Below the pieces are notes generated by a model. It was not told where the DNA came from and made no database searches. It saw only the letters and a program-made list of their open reading frames with translations. A stretch of 64,000 nucleotides of DNA. Origin: Eledone cirrhosa (Eukaryota). The DNA lies in contig OZ024743.1 in NCBI GenBank assembly GCA_964016885.1, forward strand, positions 346,270,001 to 346,334,000, read 5' to 3'. Each line of letters starts with the position of its first letter. Within the stretch, counting starts at the first letter, position 1. The position numbers and the translations under genes were made by a program. Positions 13,915 through 27,430 of this stretch are shown here, piece by piece.

Positions 13915-14579
13915 ACACACTCACACACATGGAAAGAAACACAACTCCCAAAACTCACACATACGTGAACAAATGTGAGAATATACTTACCCGCAAAGCT
14001 AGCCATATATTGCAAAATCTATAATGTCTTCAGAGTGACATAATTCGGAAGAATATTCATTATTTCTCATATATAATTAATTAACTGTTAATTAGTTATC
14101 GAGAGCTCCCGGTGCACAATAGTTAATTTACAGTTTAGACAAATTAATTTATGTCATGTGAAGTACATGTGAGTCTATTTTCTTGTTAATTTGGGATGGG
14201 TACATTTAAGTTTTAAATCTCTCTCATTCGAGCACGCTTGAGGTTCTTTGCTGTCACTATAAGACTAAATGTTCCTTTAAATACACACTATTCATTCGGA
14301 TCCCATTGTTCATCCCGTTGCCTAGTATATCAAAAGAGTTACTTCATGATTATGTCTGATGAGTCCCCATTGTGTTTATACCAATGCCAGGCGTGTTACT
14401 ATATATAGGCAATTTCTTTGTATACATATATGAAAAATTCTCCCTTTCTGACTTATTTTTTTAAATAGATTTTTGTTATAGTAATAATTACTTACTTTTT
14501 ATAAAGTAACCATAGAATATTGTACTCCTTGAAATACATCTATCTCCAGCCCCCCCCCCCCTCTCTCTCTCTTTCCTCC

Positions 14580-14641
<62 letters not shown>

Positions 14642-14679
14642 CCTATATACACAAAAACACACCCACACACTCAAATATA

Positions 14680-14797
<118 letters not shown>

Positions 14798-14937
14798 TTT
14801 TATATGCAAAAGTTCTATTTAAAATTGTTGGGATACAACAAGTAAATATTTTATAACTGACATAAAGCACTCGACAAGTTTTTGGAGTAGATATACGATA
14901 TTAAATAAATGGAAACTATATTTATAAAACCATATTT

Positions 14938-15000
14938 ATTTCATTATACATATTTCAGGGATACCAAATTAAAATATGGTATGCCTTCATCAGACAAAAT
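14938..15000 (-). ncRNA. Minimal type I hammerhead ribozyme motif
   Basis: attttgt CTGATGA aggcatacca-loop-tggtatccct GAAA tatgta TA atgaaat. Stem I is 7 bp (2 GU) and stem II 9/10 bp; stem III is near-palindromic. Confidence 0.75.
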
Positions 15001-16006
15001 ACAATATATAAACAGTTTTATAAATAATGTTGATGTACCCTATTAAATGCAACCATTATTTTTGGAAGCTGTCTGGATATATATATAGACATTTTATATA
15101 TAATTGTGTATTTGCTGTCATCGAGACAGGTGAAATTGGAAGCTTGTTCCAATGCTCGTAAAGGAAGCAACATCCGCTAAAGTCACTTAAATTCAACATG
15201 GTTATGATAAATCGAGCTGCAGTTTAAGTCTATGTCTGTGTATGTGGGCATGGATGTGTGGGTGTATGTCTGCTGTCTGGCTGTCAGTCTATCACATATA
15301 TTTTTTCCCATTGCAAAATCTCCAGAAAAATCTAACCCATATTATTCACCCTTTAATTTGAAATGGCAATCTGCTGACATCTCACATTTCTGCTAATCAC
15401 ACCTTGCTATTAATGCATATAATCCCTAATATCTAGATCGACATATGACCACTACCATCATCCCCACCATCAACACCACCACTCACTACAACATCAATAG
15501 ATTACAAGTCATACTACGGCCACACAGAGTCACTGGATAACTCATTCAAACACGACACAATATATCTCAGAGCTAATGCTTTGATTTATTACATAATTTA
15601 TGACATAAAGAATAAGGGAGTACAATCATTTGATATCATAAACCAACAAGCTAGGGGCCTAAGGGCTTACTGGATATAGAAATAGGGAATTATTACTTTG
15701 TCTTTGTTGGTCATCTAATATATAAGAATGGGATTAGCATAACACAATAGGAACTGGTTCATCCCCTTTTATAAATAATACTCTCACACACATATCAGTT
15801 AAGATTTTAACGTTTCCATTATGATTGCCTGCTTGCCTTTATTAAAAATAATTCAATCTTCTTCTTCCTTTCTTTCTTACGTCCTTTCTTTCCTTCTTTC
15901 TTTCGTTCTTTATTTCTGTATTTATATATTTATTTCTCTTACATCTTTATACGTATGTCTTTTTATATCTCTAACTCTCTTTACCTGCCCCTATCACGCT
16001 TTTTAC

Positions 16007-16038
<32 letters not shown>

Positions 16039-16046
16039 GTGTGTCT

Positions 16047-16129
<83 letters not shown>

Positions 16130-17071
16130 TGTGTGTGTCTAACTTACTAACATATTGATATATATCTCAAATGTATATGTATTAATATATATTATGTGTG
16201 TGTGTTTCCGTGTGTGAATGCATGGACATGCATATATGTATATATGTGAGCGTTTATAAGAAACATATATGTGTATGTGGTGAGGGTGTCTGTCTATGCG
16301 TTTGCGTGTATATAAGGTAGAAAGTAAACAAGGAAGACATAAAGAAACGCTGGTATGAAAACATTAAAAACAGATAAGCGTAAATGAAAATTGATTAAGC
16401 TGTAAGTGGATTAATGAAATACGACCATAAAGATGGCCTGGTGGTGTTGGGTGTTACAAGAAGTGGTAGGGCGAAGCTATCTGGGATACTAGAGAACGGA
16501 TTTATATCTGACATTGTTTGAAACTGAATCTGAATTCGATGCCCGGTCCAATGATATGTCTTTATGTTTTGTTGCTGGAGCTTTCGGATTAATAATATTG
16601 AACATGAAATCGGATGGTCATTCGTCATTGACATGTAGAAATATCAATTTTCATCTCTTTGAAAGGTTGAGTGGCGGATAAAATGAATACCAGATGTTGC
16701 CGGTATTGCTAAATTGTATAACCTCATCTCAACTCTCAACTCTCAACTATTATCAAATACGTTCTAGCCTTGACCATACACTACTTTGATATGGGCCCAG
16801 TTCATCTAGCTAATTTCACACTGAGGCTAAAATTTCATTGTGCTATTAAAAACATAATAATTTACCTATCAAATTGTGTTTCTAGTTCTAAATTATCCGA
16901 TGCATATTTCGCGTTATAAAGCATGACATTTTGGGTTTATTTGGCTGTTATTTCTACCAGGTTCATTTACTGTTTCGAACCAGATGTAATGTGAGATCGA
17001 TTAAGGCTAGCTTTTAGATATCCCCGAGTAAACAAAATAACAGGCTATGGAAAGTAGCAGAGTATTATAGA

Positions 17072-17257
17072 AATAATTGTTTCTACTTTTGACACAAGGC
17101 CAGCAATTACCCAGTACATTAATGGTACTTTATTTTATCGACACCATAAGGATGAAAGGAAAAGTTGACCTCGGCGGGGTTTGAACTCAGAATGAAAAGG
17201 GCCGTAACTCTATGCGTCAAAGCATGGTGTCAGACTCTCTACAGATACTGCCAATCC
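17072..17257 (-). mobile_element. Meta-domain SINE copy
   Basis: Reverse complement of the 4931 family. Confidence 0.85.
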
Positions 17258-18404
17258 ATATAGAAATAATATTATAAGATTTACTGAGATCGACAAATAT
17301 ATATTGTTTCTCTCCGATTACATGCATTAGACACAAATAGAGCTACGTTTGTTGACTATAACGTTTAGATATATATTAATCATAGGGTAACAAAACATCA
17401 GTTAAGATTGTAATCCCCATAGATATTTTTTATCAGGGCTTAAAATATACTGACATTTTAAAGAAAAGAACGCATATACTTAATTATATTATCAAGTATT
17501 AAGTTAATCTCTAACCTATATACATGATTTAATAAACACACTATTTACATACGATAGCATTTTTTGAGAAATTCGGGCTTATATTGAAACAGTTTGACTC
17601 GCGGTTTTATGAAGACGAAATGTTTACGAACAAATACACCGCTGGAAGAAACGCTAGTATATCGGAGACAAACTTCGTCAGTATATATTTTCAATATATA
17701 GATGAAATGATGTGTTCCATACAGAGACACAAGGGAAGATATTCAGTGGATCTCTTCTATGTGGCCATTTCATTTCTACATCATATTATAGTAATTACCA
17801 TCGAAAAAAACAACAAACAAAGAACAAACGAGCAAAGAATGAAGTAAAACGAAAAGATTTTGCAAAGACACAGCAGCACCGATGTTAAACTGACTCCACC
17901 TTAGGGCAGTAAGTATTTCTCCTGCAAAGATTAGTTAATAAAGCGGAAATCTAGCGTATGGCAGCCCAAATAATGTTATATGTTATTAGTGAAGTCAATT
18001 TTTGATAGGACACCATCAAAAGGTTTCTTCAGAGACACTATCGTGGGGTTGTCCCTCACCATTGGACAACAGATAACCCTGCCACTCCCCGAGGCAGCTT
18101 GCAGACACTTGAAACTGAATGAATTACTCATTCGCTCACTCAGGGGCTATAAACGATGAAGACGCCTAGGTCGTATATAATAAATAAAAGTAAAATCAAC
18201 AATAACAGTTACAACTACAATAGTAACAACAGCAGAAATACTGTCAACAACAATAGAAAGAATGTTACTACTAATAACAATAACAACAATAGAAATAATA
18301 ATTATAATAATAAAATTGTAGATCATGATGGCGACGTCAGCGGTGATGTTACACATAATTATGATAATACCATTTGATATAACGCAACGTATCATGCCGT
18401 GGTT

Positions 18405-18405
18405 A

Positions 18406-18480
<75 letters not shown>

Positions 18481-18504
18481 TGGTAGTAGTACCAGCAGCA
18501 GTTA

Positions 18505-18564
<60 letters not shown>

Positions 18565-18591
18565 AAGTGGTAGTAGTACCAGCAGCAGTTA

Positions 18592-18651
<60 letters not shown>

Positions 18652-18686
18652 AGGTAGTAGTAGTGGTAGTAGTACTAGTAGCAGCG

Positions 18687-18741
<55 letters not shown>

Positions 18742-18846
18742 CAGCAGCAGCATCAAGCAGTAGCAGCAGCAGTATTACTAGTAGTAGTAGTAGGAGCAGC
18801 AGCAGTAGCAGCAGCGGCAGTAGTAGTAGTAGTAGTAGTAGTAGTA
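18405..18846. repeat. Compound (GTA)n/(GCA)n microsatellite with an internal ~87 bp higher-order duplication
   Basis: GTACCAGCAGCAGTTACAGCAGC occurs twice (~18489 and ~18576). Confidence 0.9.
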
Positions 18847-18936
18847 AAGGTGAGGAAGTTCATTATAGTGTTGATGATACCACTTCAGTGAGTGAGGCTA
18901 CTGGGGTTGGTTATAATGCAGCTGCTGAAATTGATG

Positions 18937-19125
18937 ATAATAATTGTTTCTACGTTAGGCACAAGGCCAGCAAATAACCAGTGTATTACTGGTACTTTAT
19001 TTTATCGACCCCGTAAGGATGAAAGGCATAGTTAACCTCGGCGGGATTTCGAACTCAGAATGGCAAGGGCCGTAACTCTATGCGCCAAAGCATGGCATCC
19101 GTCACTCTACCGATACTGCCAATCC
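18937..19125 (-). mobile_element. Meta-domain SINE copy
   Basis: Reverse complement of the 4931 family. Confidence 0.85.
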
Positions 19126-19210
19126 ATGATAATAATAATGATTTTGATGTTGATTATGTTGACAATGACGCGTGCCTTGCTAATCGTGAACAGTACGACG
19201 ACAAGGACGA

Positions 19211-19517
19211 TGATAATGGTTTCTTATTTGGGCACAAGGCCAGCAATTTTGGGGGAGGGGAAAGTCGATGAAATAGACCCCAGTGCATTACTGGTACTTT
19301 ATTTTATCGACCCCGTAAGGATAATAATAATTGTGTCTACGTTAGGCACAAGGCCAGCAAATAACCAGTGTATTACTGGTACTTTATTTTATCGACCCCG
19401 TAAGGATGAAAGGCAAAGTTAACCTCGGCGGGATTTGAACTCAGATCGTAAAGGGACGTAACTCTATGCTGCAAAGCATGGCGTCCGACCCTCTACCGAT
19501 ACTGCCAATCCACCGCC
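19211..19517 (-). mobile_element. Meta-domain SINE, one full copy plus one 5'-truncated copy
   Basis: Full copy at 19323-19517; 3' half at 19211-19320, carrying the long-tail variant. Confidence 0.85.
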
Positions 19518-20584
19518 CTCACAACGACGACGATGATAATGACAACGGCAACGATAACGACCACTACGACGATGATGATCATGATGATCATGATGGCGAT
19601 CACAATGTTGACAAGAAGCGAGAAATAGTGGGAAAGAAGAACGAAGAATGCGGAAAAGGAAGAGAGGAGTGTGAAAAGGTGGATTATAACGATGATGAAT
19701 GTCAAGATGATGATGATCATGCTGATGACGACAATATCGACGATGAAGATGGTGATGGTGGTGGTGATTATATTGTTTACCCTTGGACACTGAAATTAAA
19801 TAGACATTGCGAGAGACTCTAGTTCTATCACAATTGTAGAATGTCACGTGAGAAATATAAGTCTACACAACATGCAGTCTCAACACAGCTACAATGCCTT
19901 CTGGGGTAATGGCAGGAATAACTTTCATTACTTAGAAGGCATTACTACTTTATGTCTTATTTACTGTACAAAAAAGTATTTTTTGGCTGTGGAATTAACG
20001 TTAACATTTCTAAGGGTAAACTCTCACATTTGAAAATAATGGTTGTTGTCATTTCTAGCGCCAGTTCCGGCTGAATCTTGCAGGGTTATGATCCAAAATA
20101 TTTCAGCTTGTTCTTATTCATTCATAATCTATCTAAACAGTAATGTAAATCATACCTTTAAGTAACAATTTTTATACAGGTACCAGAACTCATAATCAAG
20201 CGTAATGACAGTCGATTATATTGACTCCAGTATTTGAATGGCACTTTATTTTATCGATCTCGAAAAAATTAAAGGCAAAGTTGAACTCAGTGACATTAGA
20301 ACCCAGTACCCAACAGCCGGAACACATAACGCACGGCCTTTTGTCCGATGCTATAAAGATTCAGGCAGGCAGCCGCACTTGTATAACTTGAAGTACGTCG
20401 TATGTTAGTGTATATAAAATTATATTGCAAATGCATCCATATTTTTTCTAAGATTTTAGCACCAAGATTTAGGATATATATTTAGCAAACCAGGAACTTA
20501 CTAGATATTGCTCCCTTGATTCGTAGACTCGTTGCTTGCTTTGATATTTCTAAAAATAAATAAATGAAATATTAAAATAATGAA

Positions 20585-20771
20585 AATAATTGTTTCTACT
20601 TTTGGCACAAGGCCAGCAATTTCCCAGTGTATTACTGGTACTTTATTTTATCGACCCCGTAAGGATGAAAGGCAAAGTTAACCTCGGTGGGATTTGAACT
20701 CAGAATGGCAAGGGCCGTAACTCTATGCGTCAAAGCATGGCGTCCGACCCTCTACCGATACTGCCAATTCA
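20585..20771 (-). mobile_element. Meta-domain SINE copy
   Basis: Reverse complement of the 4931 family; a more decayed copy lies at ~20215-20380. Confidence 0.85.
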
Positions 20772-22473
20772 CTAAACCCTAAAATAATGAAAATAATGAG
20801 ATCTGATTCTTCGTAGCAGCCGTTGCTGGACTAATAGTTATATTTTACGGACAATACTCACCGGATTAATTTTAATAAGGCATTATAAAATAGACAAAAT
20901 AATTATGTTTATTGCATGCTTTATGCATATAATAAGCATATATATTTCTTAAATGTTATGAAAAACACCTTATCTCACCGGACCGCAGAATCTTTTCGTG
21001 GAATCTCATAGGATTTGAAGTCTTCAGTACATGTTATTGAAATATATAACTTTACTCACTGTGACTAGATAACGAGTGTGTGCTTTGCACATCTCGCAGA
21101 TGAATGTCGCAAATTTGTATCATTTCTGTCGAAGACACCAAGAAGACACCAGGTTCTAAATGCGGGACGAATCTTATACCTAATGTGTGACGAGGGTAGG
21201 TGAGTGAGAAAAGGATGGAAATAGAATTAAAAAGGTGATAAATTTGTTGAGATTACAAATGCATAGTAATTATGAAAGTAAAATAAAAGTGTACATGTCG
21301 GAGAGACATACATGAAGATTTATGATTCATGTAATTTGTTAAAAGCTATTATTTCTCCCGGGCTAATTTATCCATTATTGACAGAATCTGGATCCGGTAA
21401 GTCAGAGCTCCCATCGTAGTAAATTTCCCTAGCTCATAGGATCACCACTGAACACGTTTATTTGAAGGATCATTACACCACAACACTTCCTTTCTTTGAA
21501 ATGGGTCAAATTTAATTTAATGAAGTTCAGTTTGTCTCAATTCACACTATCATTTGTACACGCACAAATCACCCCAAAATATTTGAATCGTTTAAAATTT
21601 GTGTTCTCCCCATGCATCGTTTAACGTTACCACAACAATATTTGCTGGCTTGTCTTATGCAAACTCCACCCACGCAGAACAGATTCCTTCATCTTTCCTT
21701 TTCTCATCAAGAGTTTCAAAAATTCCAACTGAGCGATTATAATAACAATCTCTTTGATATCGAACGGCTAGTAAAGACGTTCGTCATTGTGATTTCTCTA
21801 CACCTACCGAACAAAAAAAATAAAATCGAACTCACCGCGCAGAGTACAAGTATCCTTGCTATACATGCATAGTTTATAAATGGTTTTAAGAAATATATCT
21901 AAACGATGTTAAAGTATCATAATTTGTTTCGTAGATCATGTCATAGGTTTATGGGAGAAGGCTAGATTGAATTAGATCGAAACCTGTACATGCCTGGTAT
22001 GTATTTTATAATCTCAAAAAAGCGGATCTGTTGGGATATGAATTCACAATGCATATAATATATACTTAAATAGTGTAAATTAGTTAGACATGCTTGTTTC
22101 CGTTTCCGCCTCCTTAGGCCATTAGCATATAGCTATCACATTAACCAAGATGGAAAGATTTAGGCATGAGAGATGCATGTGAAGAATGAAAGGAGAGTAT
22201 AAAGGTAGCGGCACTAAGTTGAAACAAAGGAAAGATTCAAGGCTGAATGTGAAATTAGTGTTAAAGTGATTCAGGGTTATATAAATACAAAGAATATGAA
22301 GGAGCTGAAGAGGAATAAAGAGAGCAATTAGTTGGTGCAGGGTAGGTGGTAGGAAAATATATTTGCAAACAGGGTTAATCGAAAAACAGTTAAATATGTA
22401 TGCAGTGATAGGGAGTGAGGGTAGAAAGTAAAATAATAATTATTATTATTATGATTATTATGATTATTATTGT

Positions 22474-23136
22474 TGGCGGTGGATTGGCAGTATCGGTAGA
22501 GGGTCGGACGCCATGCTTTGACGCGTAGAGTTACGGCTCTTTATGATCTGAGCTCAAATCCCGCCGAGGTTAACTTTGCCTTTCATCGTTATGGGGTCGA
22601 TAAAATAAAGTACCAGTCACGCACTGGGGTCGATTTAATCGACTTTCCCCTCCCCCCGAATTACTGACCTTGTGCTTATATAAGAAATTATGATTATTAT
22701 GATTATTATTGGGGCGGAGGATTGGCAGTATCGGTAGATGGTCGGACGCCATGCTTTGACGCGTAGAGTTACGGCCCTTGCCATTCTGAGTTCAAATCCC
22801 GCCGAGATTAACTTTGCCTTTCATCCTTACGGGGTCGATACAATAAAGTACCAGTAATGCACTGGGTAATTGCTGGCCTTGTGCCAAAAGTAGAAACAAT
22901 TATGATTATTATTGGGGCCTTGGATTGGCAGTATCGGTAGATGGTCGGACGCCATGCTTTGCAGCATAGAGTTACGGCCCTTTATGATTGAAATCAAATC
23001 CTGCCGAGGTTAACTTTGTCTTTCATCCTTATGGGGTCGATAAAATAAAGTACCAGTCATGCACTGGGGTCGATTTAATCGATTTCCCCCTCCCCCAAAA
23101 TATGCTGGCCTTGTGCCTATATAAGAAACCATTATT
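22474..23136 (+). mobile_element. Head-to-tail trimer of Meta-domain SINEs within (ATT)n
   Basis: Copies start at ~22474, ~22712 and ~22922; each ends in an (ATT)n/(ATG) tail. Confidence 0.9.
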
Positions 23137-23159
23137 ATGATTATTATTATCGGTTATCG

Positions 23160-26100
23160 GACGGAGATGACGTGTTTCGGTGAGTTGAGTGAGATAGTGA
23201 TTTGTAAAATGTTTGTATTCAAAGAATTGTTTTATTTTTGTGACAAAGGGGTCATAGACTTCCTGCTGTGCCCTGTGAAGGAGAAACTTTATAATATTTG
23301 GGCATTTTGGCCCAAATGTTTGAACTTTTTTTTTTTGCCGTAAAAAATTGGACGAATCACGTCCTCCAATGCTAGGTTAGCCGTCTTGTGACTGCAACTT
23401 GAAAGTTGAGAGAAAAGACAAAGACACTATTACAACTACAAACTCAACATCATAAAATGAATTTAGCAACAACATCACAAACAACATGAACAACGACAGG
23501 AACATTAACAGCAATCAATGAGGAAAACAATGGCAAGAACAACTGAAACGTGATGAAAAAATATAACAGCGACTACAACAACGAAATCAACATCAACAAC
23601 TGCACCAAGAACAACACCGATATCAACTTCAACAGTGATAACGAAAACACCAACAACAACTGCGATAATGACTACACCACAACCAAAAACAACAACAACG
23701 TCAACAACAACGAGAAAAACAACACCAAAAGCAACGAAGAGAAAAAATAAGGAGGTAGGCCAAAAATGACCACCAGCAACAACAACAACAACGACGTGAA
23801 TAAAAACTCATTCGCAACTGCGGCTGCTAAAAAAAAACATATTTTCATGTGGACATTACGGACAAGGAGCAACAGTTAGCTTAGATATGAAAATTGATTA
23901 AAAATCCAGGACCAATATCACCATCCAAGACGAAGCGATAGCAGCAACGAAAGGGAGGACTTTGGATTTTCGCTGTGTTTCAGTGCAAACTCGCAAGGTG
24001 GAACTCGCCAGGCAGACAGAAGTTCAGGCTGCAGTGAAATCAATAAGAAATGACATTGAATACAAAGCAAGGGCCAGGCAGTTCGGCACCATCTCGGTGC
24101 TGTTCAATACCGTGGCTCTTTCTATTAAGCACTCCATGGCCCCCCGAAGAACAGACCTCATAATTACGTACCTGTCCTACATGGGCAAAAGAACGGTGAT
24201 GGTTCGCATTCCCACGATCTCCCCAAGACTGAACCTACGGTGGCTCTTTTGAGGCGTGGTCGAGGAAAGTACCGACAGTACCCGCATATACGTGACAAAA
24301 GCAGAGTTGGGACACTGGTCCGGGATGGATTTGGAGATACTTTTCCAAATCTACCAGGAACAATTAAACAACATCCCAGACCACGTGCGCCTTCAGGGCT
24401 GGTCGACGATATTGCTGTTTCCTGAAGGGGAGAGCCGCACAACTTCGTCTGCGATGAAGCAACACATGGGTGAGCCCTCTGCCATCAGCTAAAAAATGCA
24501 AGGGGCCGCAAGCCTCGGTTGTTGTCAACGCCATTGCCGGGGCGGAAAGCACCACGACACAGGCAGCACCACCAACAGCAGGAACACCAGTCGAACCACC
24601 ACTACCAGCACCAAAACCAACCCAGGGGGAAAACAAGGAAAGTTCTCTCATTAGCCCTCCCCTCAAACAAATATAGACATTGACAAAAACACAAGCACAG
24701 ACACAGACACAGATACATCGTCTCCCAGTAGTCAAGATGAGGACCGCCCCTCCGCCCCCCCCCCCCCACGAAAATAATAAATAAAATAAAATTAAATAAA
24801 ACGAAGACACAAAAAACATCCACACAACGCAAAAACACCCACAACTTAAAATGCAGATACCACCCACGCAAACACTTCCCCAACAATACCAACACCACCA
24901 ACACCATCACCACAATCCCCCAAATGTAAGCTAACAAAGCAGGCTGGTGAACAAAATAACAGACATCGCACCCACAACAAACATAAACACACCAGAAACA
25001 ATACCACCACAATCCCCCAAACGAAAAAAACCACGACAAGAACAAAACAAAACACACATCTGCTTGCTATTTAGAAAGGCTGACGAAGATTTCATATCCT
25101 TGATAACACGAAGTGCGGATAGTTCGGCACCAGCACATTTCCCTTGGAGGAACCCCGAACATACATCTAAACTTATAAGGGGGTTCCACCATCGACCATG
25201 GAGATCAAACCACCCAACCTCCACAAGCCCCCTAGAGGTATGTAAACCTTTCCCTCCTCTCTCTCTCTCCTTTAGCCAGCCAACATTGCAATGCTGTAGA
25301 CGACCAGTAGACGTGTATAGGGGATCCCAAAGGAAGATCGAACCACTCCTTTTTCTTTCTTAACTAACCAGTCAACATGGCTGTTATAAGAGTAGAATGC
25401 ATAAATAATGGTGGCCTAGGTTACTCCTGGAAACTTGGTCGCTTGCTGAACGACCTCAGATCACTAGATATAGATGTGGCTGCCATCAATGAGACTGGGA
25501 TTTCCAAAGAGCGCACCGGATCCCCAATTTTTTAAGACTAAGAGATATTTGATTCACTTATTCGACCTGGAATAGGAAATGGGCTGGCAGAGCTGTTTAG
25601 GAATAGCCTGGACCTCGACGTAAGGATAATCTTCCTGGACATAGACAATATGATTGGAGTCATGAACGGGAAAAATAGCGAAGGTGTTGTCTTCAAACTG
25701 ATGGTCGACTACGCCTGAAACGGGGCTGGACTCTCTTGGAAGACTCTCTTGAAAGTCTCGCCCTTTATTGTTATCAGAGGACTAGAACAGCATCTTCGCC
25801 GCATGTTGAGATTGTGTGGGGGTAGCAGAAATACGTAGGGTTTTCAAATGCCTATGAACCTGATCAAGCATTTGCAACTGTGAGACAGGTACCAAATAGA
25901 TTTCCCGAATGTGCCAATGCGGACATAGACCAATGACACAGGGCCATTTAGATCGCATATAGATATCTTTTAGTTGGTTAGCAGATAGGAATAGCATAGT
26001 GTTTCTACAATTCAAACAATTATCTATTTAGATCACACATTCATAATCTCCATAGTGGATCTATATAGAACACTTAGACAGGGTCCGTGTTACTGGAAGC

Positions 26101-26520
26101 TTAAGGCGTCATTCCCGGCTCTTAAAGCCGACAGCAACCATATTAACGCTTGAAAGCTGATAAGGGTAGATTTTAACACCGTGCAGTAGCGTGCTCTCAA
26201 GAGAGAGATTGAAGTAGAATCGATAGAATTTAGTAAACAATTAGAAATAGAGAAAAATATAAAGGACGGGGTGTTAGTAGTAATGGTGATTAGGATTGGC
26301 ATTGCAACTGTTGTGCTTGCTGCGAGAATGGCATTAGACCAGTTCCTCCATGCCAAACATGAAGGTTATTTTGTCAGAGTTCTGTTGCATGATCTAAGAA
26401 CCAAGGGAACGAAAGCTGTTCGATGGACCCGTGTGGCAGAGGCACAGTTTAGTAACAAAACTAGGATTCGCTGTTTGGTGGACTGAGACGGGTGCTGCAG
26501 GGAGATTCCAAGCATGTGTA
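23160..26520 (+). mobile_element. L1/Tx1-clade LINE, 3'-truncated (5'UTR, ORF1 remnant, APE endonuclease remnant)
   Basis: ORF1 remnant RARQFGTISVLF / MGKRTVMVRIPTISPRLNLRWL. ORF2 starts at ~25377 with MAVIRVECINNGGL...LLNDLRSLDIDVAAINET and includes LDHTF..RQGPCYWKLKAS (APE motifs). Many stops. Confidence 0.8.
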
Positions 26521-26703
26521 TGCGGCATTTTGATAGGAGATCAAGTCAGTAGAATTTGAACGTTCGATGGTCTAAAGTGAAGGTTAACATGAACAAAAAT
26601 TGAGCAATCAGAACAGAGTGAAGTTTTCAGCTATAAAAATGTTCTTGGGTGAGTAGATAAAAAAAAAAGAAAAGAAACCAATCCGTCAATATATATAAAT
26701 ATA

Positions 26704-26889
26704 GGATTGGCAGTATCGGTAGAGAGTCTGACGCCATGCTTTTCCGCATAGAGTTACGGCCCTTGCCATTCTGAGTTCAAATCCCGCCGAGGTTAACTTT
26801 GCCTTTCATCCTTACGGGGTCGATAAAATAAAGTACCAGTAATGCACTGGGTAATTGCTGGCCTTGTGCCTAAAGTAGAAACAATTATT
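26704..26889 (+). mobile_element. Meta-domain SINE copy
   Basis: Same family as 4931. Confidence 0.85.
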
Positions 26890-27029
26890 GCTATAACTGC
26901 ACGTGCTCTGTATGGGATAGTCAGTGATAGTGTATACCAGTGATGCGGAGTACACCAGTTTTTCTGCAGGTTCCAATCTTTCTCAATATAGCTAGTGGAG
27001 CAGCATTTCAGCAACAATTATCTTGAAGT

Positions 27030-27430
27030 CTATAGATAGCAAATGCAAGTGGCTGAAATGGGCTTCTTCCGTAGGATATTTGAAGTAACGTTACTCGATA
27101 GAGTGCGTAGCTCGGAGATCAGAAAATTATTCCATGTAGAGCCACTAATTCTCCACATTGATGGATTACAGTTCCGATACTATGGGCATGTGACTAGAAT
27201 GTCACAGAAAAAATCGCAGGACAGATTTTACGAGCAAATCCCATAGGTAGAAGACTCAGAAGTAGACCCCGAGCAAGGTGGTTTGATAGCATCCATCAGC
27301 TTGGCTGGGCTCGCTTGGGTATCTAGCCAGATCATTTAGAGACGGTTGTTTCTGGCAGAACCAACTGGAACAAGTGTTTGAGGACTTTGCCTCCATGACC
27401 CTTTCAGGAATAAGTAGGAGAAGAAGAAGT
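27030..27430 (+). mobile_element. RTE-clade LINE 3' end (5'-truncated)
   Basis: QVAEMGFFRRIFEVTLLDRVRSSEIRKLFHVEPLILHI..QFRYYGHVTRM, then GRRLRSRPRARWFD; ends in a short (GAA)n tail. Confidence 0.8.

Noticed and set aside
14350-14440. CTGATGA at ~14357 as a hammerhead (likewise ~39468, ~49098 on -, ~57021)
   Set aside because: There is no properly placed GAAA/UH or closing stem I, and the heptamer occurs by chance in AT-rich DNA
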